Made by a program: the position numbers and the translations under genes
In this document: positions 61,557 to 64,000 of the stretch, piece by piece
Layout of the letters: every line of letters starts with the position of its first letter
Position numbering within the stretch: position 1 is the stretch's first letter
DNA from: an uncultured Planctomycetota bacterium
Lineage (GTDB): Bacteria; Planctomycetota; Planctomycetia; Isosphaerales; Isosphaeraceae
DNA: 64,000 nt
Direction of reading: 5' to 3'
Assembly: GCA_963845755.1 (NCBI GenBank)
Contig: CAWJTV010000020.1
Location: 704,001-768,000, forward strand
The notes under the pieces: generated by a model
Databases searched by the model: none
What the model saw: the letters and a program-made list of their open reading frames with translations, nothing else
What the model was told of the DNA's origin: nothing

Positions 61557-62609
61557 TCAGTTATTGGGCTTGGCCTTGTCCGAGGCGGTTTCAAGGAGCG
61601 CGTCGATGTCCACGTGATTCCACTCGGCGGTCTCAGCGTTGAACGTGTAGATGTGGCCGGGAATTTCTGCCGTGACCGAGTTGGGGCCGACGATCGGCAC
61701 GGCGTGGGTTCCCTTGGGGAGGTCCGCGATGCCCCATCGCTGGGCCGCGACGCTATAGGCGTAGATGTACCGGCCGAGTCCGTAAGCGGCGACGCCTGGG
61801 CCCAGGATGGGCATCGCCTCGCCCTCGACGGGCTCGCGCAGGTCCTGCGTATGCCACGTCGCGTTCAGTCCGTTGGCGGCGGCGATCCGGGTAATCTTGG
61901 GGCCTGTCAGCGACAGCGCGACGACGTTCGGCCCCCAGATGGGAACAAACTTTGGTGCTGTCTCGTCCGACTCGGACAAACGGACTGAGGTCGTTTTCTT
62001 CGTCCCGAGGTCGAGGAACGTGAGCCGATCTCCCCGGGGCGAAGTCAGAATAATCGTGTTCTGGAGGCGCATGTACTTTGTGTCCGGGACTTTCGCACTC
62101 GTTCTCTCTCCCGGCTTCCGCTCGGGCTCGGCCATGAAGGTCAGGGACTTCAGTTTGTCGGGAACCAGCCTCAACGTGCCGTCGTCGATTTCGAGCGTCC
62201 AGTACGGAATGTGAACGCCCCCTCTGATCTCCTTGCCCGAGGTTGTGATCACCGTCCCCTGGACCGTCGTGTATGGCATCGTATTGTCCCCGACTGGCTG
62301 TCCCACCGGCTTCGAGAGGCGAATCGTCCTGACCTTTTCGGGGTTGATCGCATACTGACCGAGGTCGCTGTCAACGACGATCAGGCCGAGATGAATCGTA
62401 CCGGAAACACTTTGACCTCCGGTCAGGTCGATCTTGACGGCACGATCCTGTTCGATCTGCGTGTTGCCACCCATCATCCCGCCCATGCCACCCATCATCC
62501 CGCCGCCCCTTCCACCCCTACCGCCCATCATCCCGCCCATCTGGGCCGAACTGGCCACCGGTGCAAAAACGACGGCGAGAACCGCGAGCAATCCCGGCCG
62601 GATCATGAT
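61557..62609 (-). CDS. Secreted hypothetical protein with Met/Gly-rich N-terminus
   Basis: GGAAGGAGG RBS, signal peptide, QMGGMMGGRGG. Confidence 0.65.
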   Translation of the reverse strand: MMIRPGLLAVLAVVFAPVASSAQMGGMMGGRGGRGGGMMGGMGGMMGGNTQIEQDRAVKIDLTGGQSVSGTIHLGLIVVDSDLGQYAINPEKVRTIRLSKPVGQPVGDNTMPYTTVQGTVITTSGKEIRGGVHIPYWTLEIDDGTLRLVPDKLKSLTFMAEPERKPGERTSAKVPDTKYMRLQNTIILTSPRGDRLTFLDLGTKKTTSVRLSESDETAPKFVPIWGPNVVALSLTGPKITRIAAANGLNATWHTQDLREPVEGEAMPILGPGVAAYGLGRYIYAYSVAAQRWGIADLPKGTHAVPIVGPNSVTAEIPGHIYTFNAETAEWNHVDIDALLETASDKAKPNN

Positions 62610-62706
62610 GACCTCCTTCCCGTGAAAACGAAGGTGCAAGTCGCTACCCGACTCCACCGTTACGTTGTGTCTTCATCGGAGGTTCAATCGGGTCGCACCG
62701 ATGCGA

Positions 62707-63354
62707 TCAAACCGGTATTCCTCCCCACTGGACCAGCTCGGTCCCGAGCAGGACCAGAGCCACGCCCGCAGTCGAGCAGGCGAACCACACCCAAAGGTCG
62801 TCCCAGCGCGTGACCATGTAATAGGCGGTATACAGAGGTATCACGACATAGAGGAACCCGAAGAGGAAATCCTCATGGAACGCACCGTAGGCGCCCGCAC
62901 CGTATCCCGCCAGCACCATCAGGCTACCCAGGGCCATCAATACGCAGCCGGCGATCACCGTCCCGCGGGGAGCCAGGAGGGCGATCGCGGCGACGATGAT
63001 CGCAGTGGCAACACCTCCCCAGATCAACCGGGTTCCTCCGGGAAACGGCGAGACGCGTTTGCGCTCCGGACGGGCTGTGGATTCCGGTGCACGCCGCTTC
63101 GGCCTGCGCGGGGGAGCCGTCGCATTGTCACCTCGCGACTGGACGAAGGTCGAACCGGAAGGCGGACTGAACGCGGTGACTGGGTCCGTCCGCTCAACCG
63201 TCTCCTCCAGCGCGTAGCCCACGGGCTCGGGTTCGCCAACGCTCGGGAGGGTGAAGTCACAGCCACAATATTTGCACCGCGCCGGCCTTCCGGCCACCGA
63301 GGCGTCCACGGTTCCGGCCGCGGCGCAGGAAGGGCAGGCGAACGGGATTCTCAT
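62707..63354 (-). CDS. Zn-finger membrane hypothetical protein
   Basis: CPSC..CKYC then several TM helices. Confidence 0.7.
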   Translation of the reverse strand: MRIPFACPSCAAAGTVDASVAGRPARCKYCGCDFTLPSVGEPEPVGYALEETVERTDPVTAFSPPSGSTFVQSRGDNATAPPRRPKRRAPESTARPERKRVSPFPGGTRLIWGGVATAIIVAAIALLAPRGTVIAGCVLMALGSLMVLAGYGAGAYGAFHEDFLFGFLYVVIPLYTAYYMVTRWDDLWVWFACSTAGVALVLLGTELVQWGGIPV

Positions 63355-63414
63355 CGAGCGCACTCCTCGAGTTCCTGCCGCGACCGGCGCGAAAGCCGGC
63401 CGCGGCGCTGCAGA

Positions 63415-64000
63415 CTAAGCATGGGCGAGAACTTGCTGAGGAACCGCCTTGGATCGAGTACCCTCGACCGACACATGCTCCTTCATGGGGATCACCGAAA
63501 GGATGTGTCGGACGGCGCTGAGCGACTCGTTCGCCGCATCCGCGGACAACGGTTCGGTGCTCACCGCGACCGTCCAGTGCCGCTTCAGCTCGCTGACCAA
63601 GCCGAGCGTCGGCTCGCGCAGGACGCCCTTCTTGACGGCGACATGAATGACCGCCTGGGGATCCGCGGCGTCCGTCACGATCCCGCGATTGAGGAGGACT
63701 TGCCGCAATCGGGCTTCGAAGGCCCGCCACGCCTCGACCACGCTCAGGTCATAGTGCTGGCTGTCGTAGAGCTCCTTCGCCCGGTTGAGCGAGGCGATTT
63801 CCTGCCCCGCCAGTTGCGTCATCTTGGACACACGGTCCTGCTCGCCGAGCCGGCGGCGGATCCGCCAGACAACGAGTTGCGAGAGCGCGACCCATCCCGC
63901 GCCGAGACCCAGCGCGACCACCGGCGCCGCCCAGGCGACATGCGAGACCGCGACCCGCTCGGCCAGTTTCGCCGAGAGGTACAGACCCGCGTAGATCGGC
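63415..64000 (-). CDS. Membrane protein with HEPN-like C-terminus (partial; runs off window end)
   Basis: TM helix then YDLSVVEAWRAFEARLR. Confidence 0.55.
   Translation of the reverse strand, partial: PIYAGLYLSAKLAERVAVSHVAWAAPVVALGLGAGWVALSQLVVWRIRRRLGEQDRVSKMTQLAGQEIASLNRAKELYDSQHYDLSVVEAWRAFEARLRQVLLNRGIVTDAADPQAVIHVAVKKGVLREPTLGLVSELKRHWTVAVSTEPLSADAANESLSAVRHILSVIPMKEHVSVEGTRSKAVPQQVLAHA

Overview
GC-rich bacterial DNA, most likely a planctomycete of the Isosphaeraceae type (inferred from DUF1501, kinase-FGE and caspase-WD40 gene content). Many single-base frameshifts look like long-read errors next to GCGC/TCGA motifs. The window holds ordinary genes (Ser/Thr kinase, two caspase/WD40 proteins, redoxin fusion, MacB/LolD-type ABC transporter, ClpV/TssH, DUF1501, topoisomerase III, EcsC) and a heavily IS-riddled accessory region (about 10.7-44 kb). 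The main result appears once three insertion sequences are removed and an 18-kb IS66-bounded inversion is undone (shown by swapped 8-bp target duplications). What remains is a locus encoding a Ro60/TROVE-vWA-like protein, a small ubiquitin-like protein ending in ...AVFG, an E2-like protein (AGICLSG) and a ThiF/E1 enzyme. It also carries an array of Y-RNA-like ncRNAs that share a covarying closing helix. Two units hold circularly permuted tRNA mimics (Met-like, Leu-like) and one holds a partial tRNA-like module; a fourth copy sits in the TROVE leader as a possible switch. I propose a coupled Ro/Y-RNA plus ubiquitin-like conjugation system; this is inference from motifs and neighbourhood only. 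Also present: a serine-recombinase element inside IS66 tnpB, IS nested in IS nested in tetR, stacked IS66 ends, and two SdpAB/HTTM-like clusters with repetitive precursor-like proteins.
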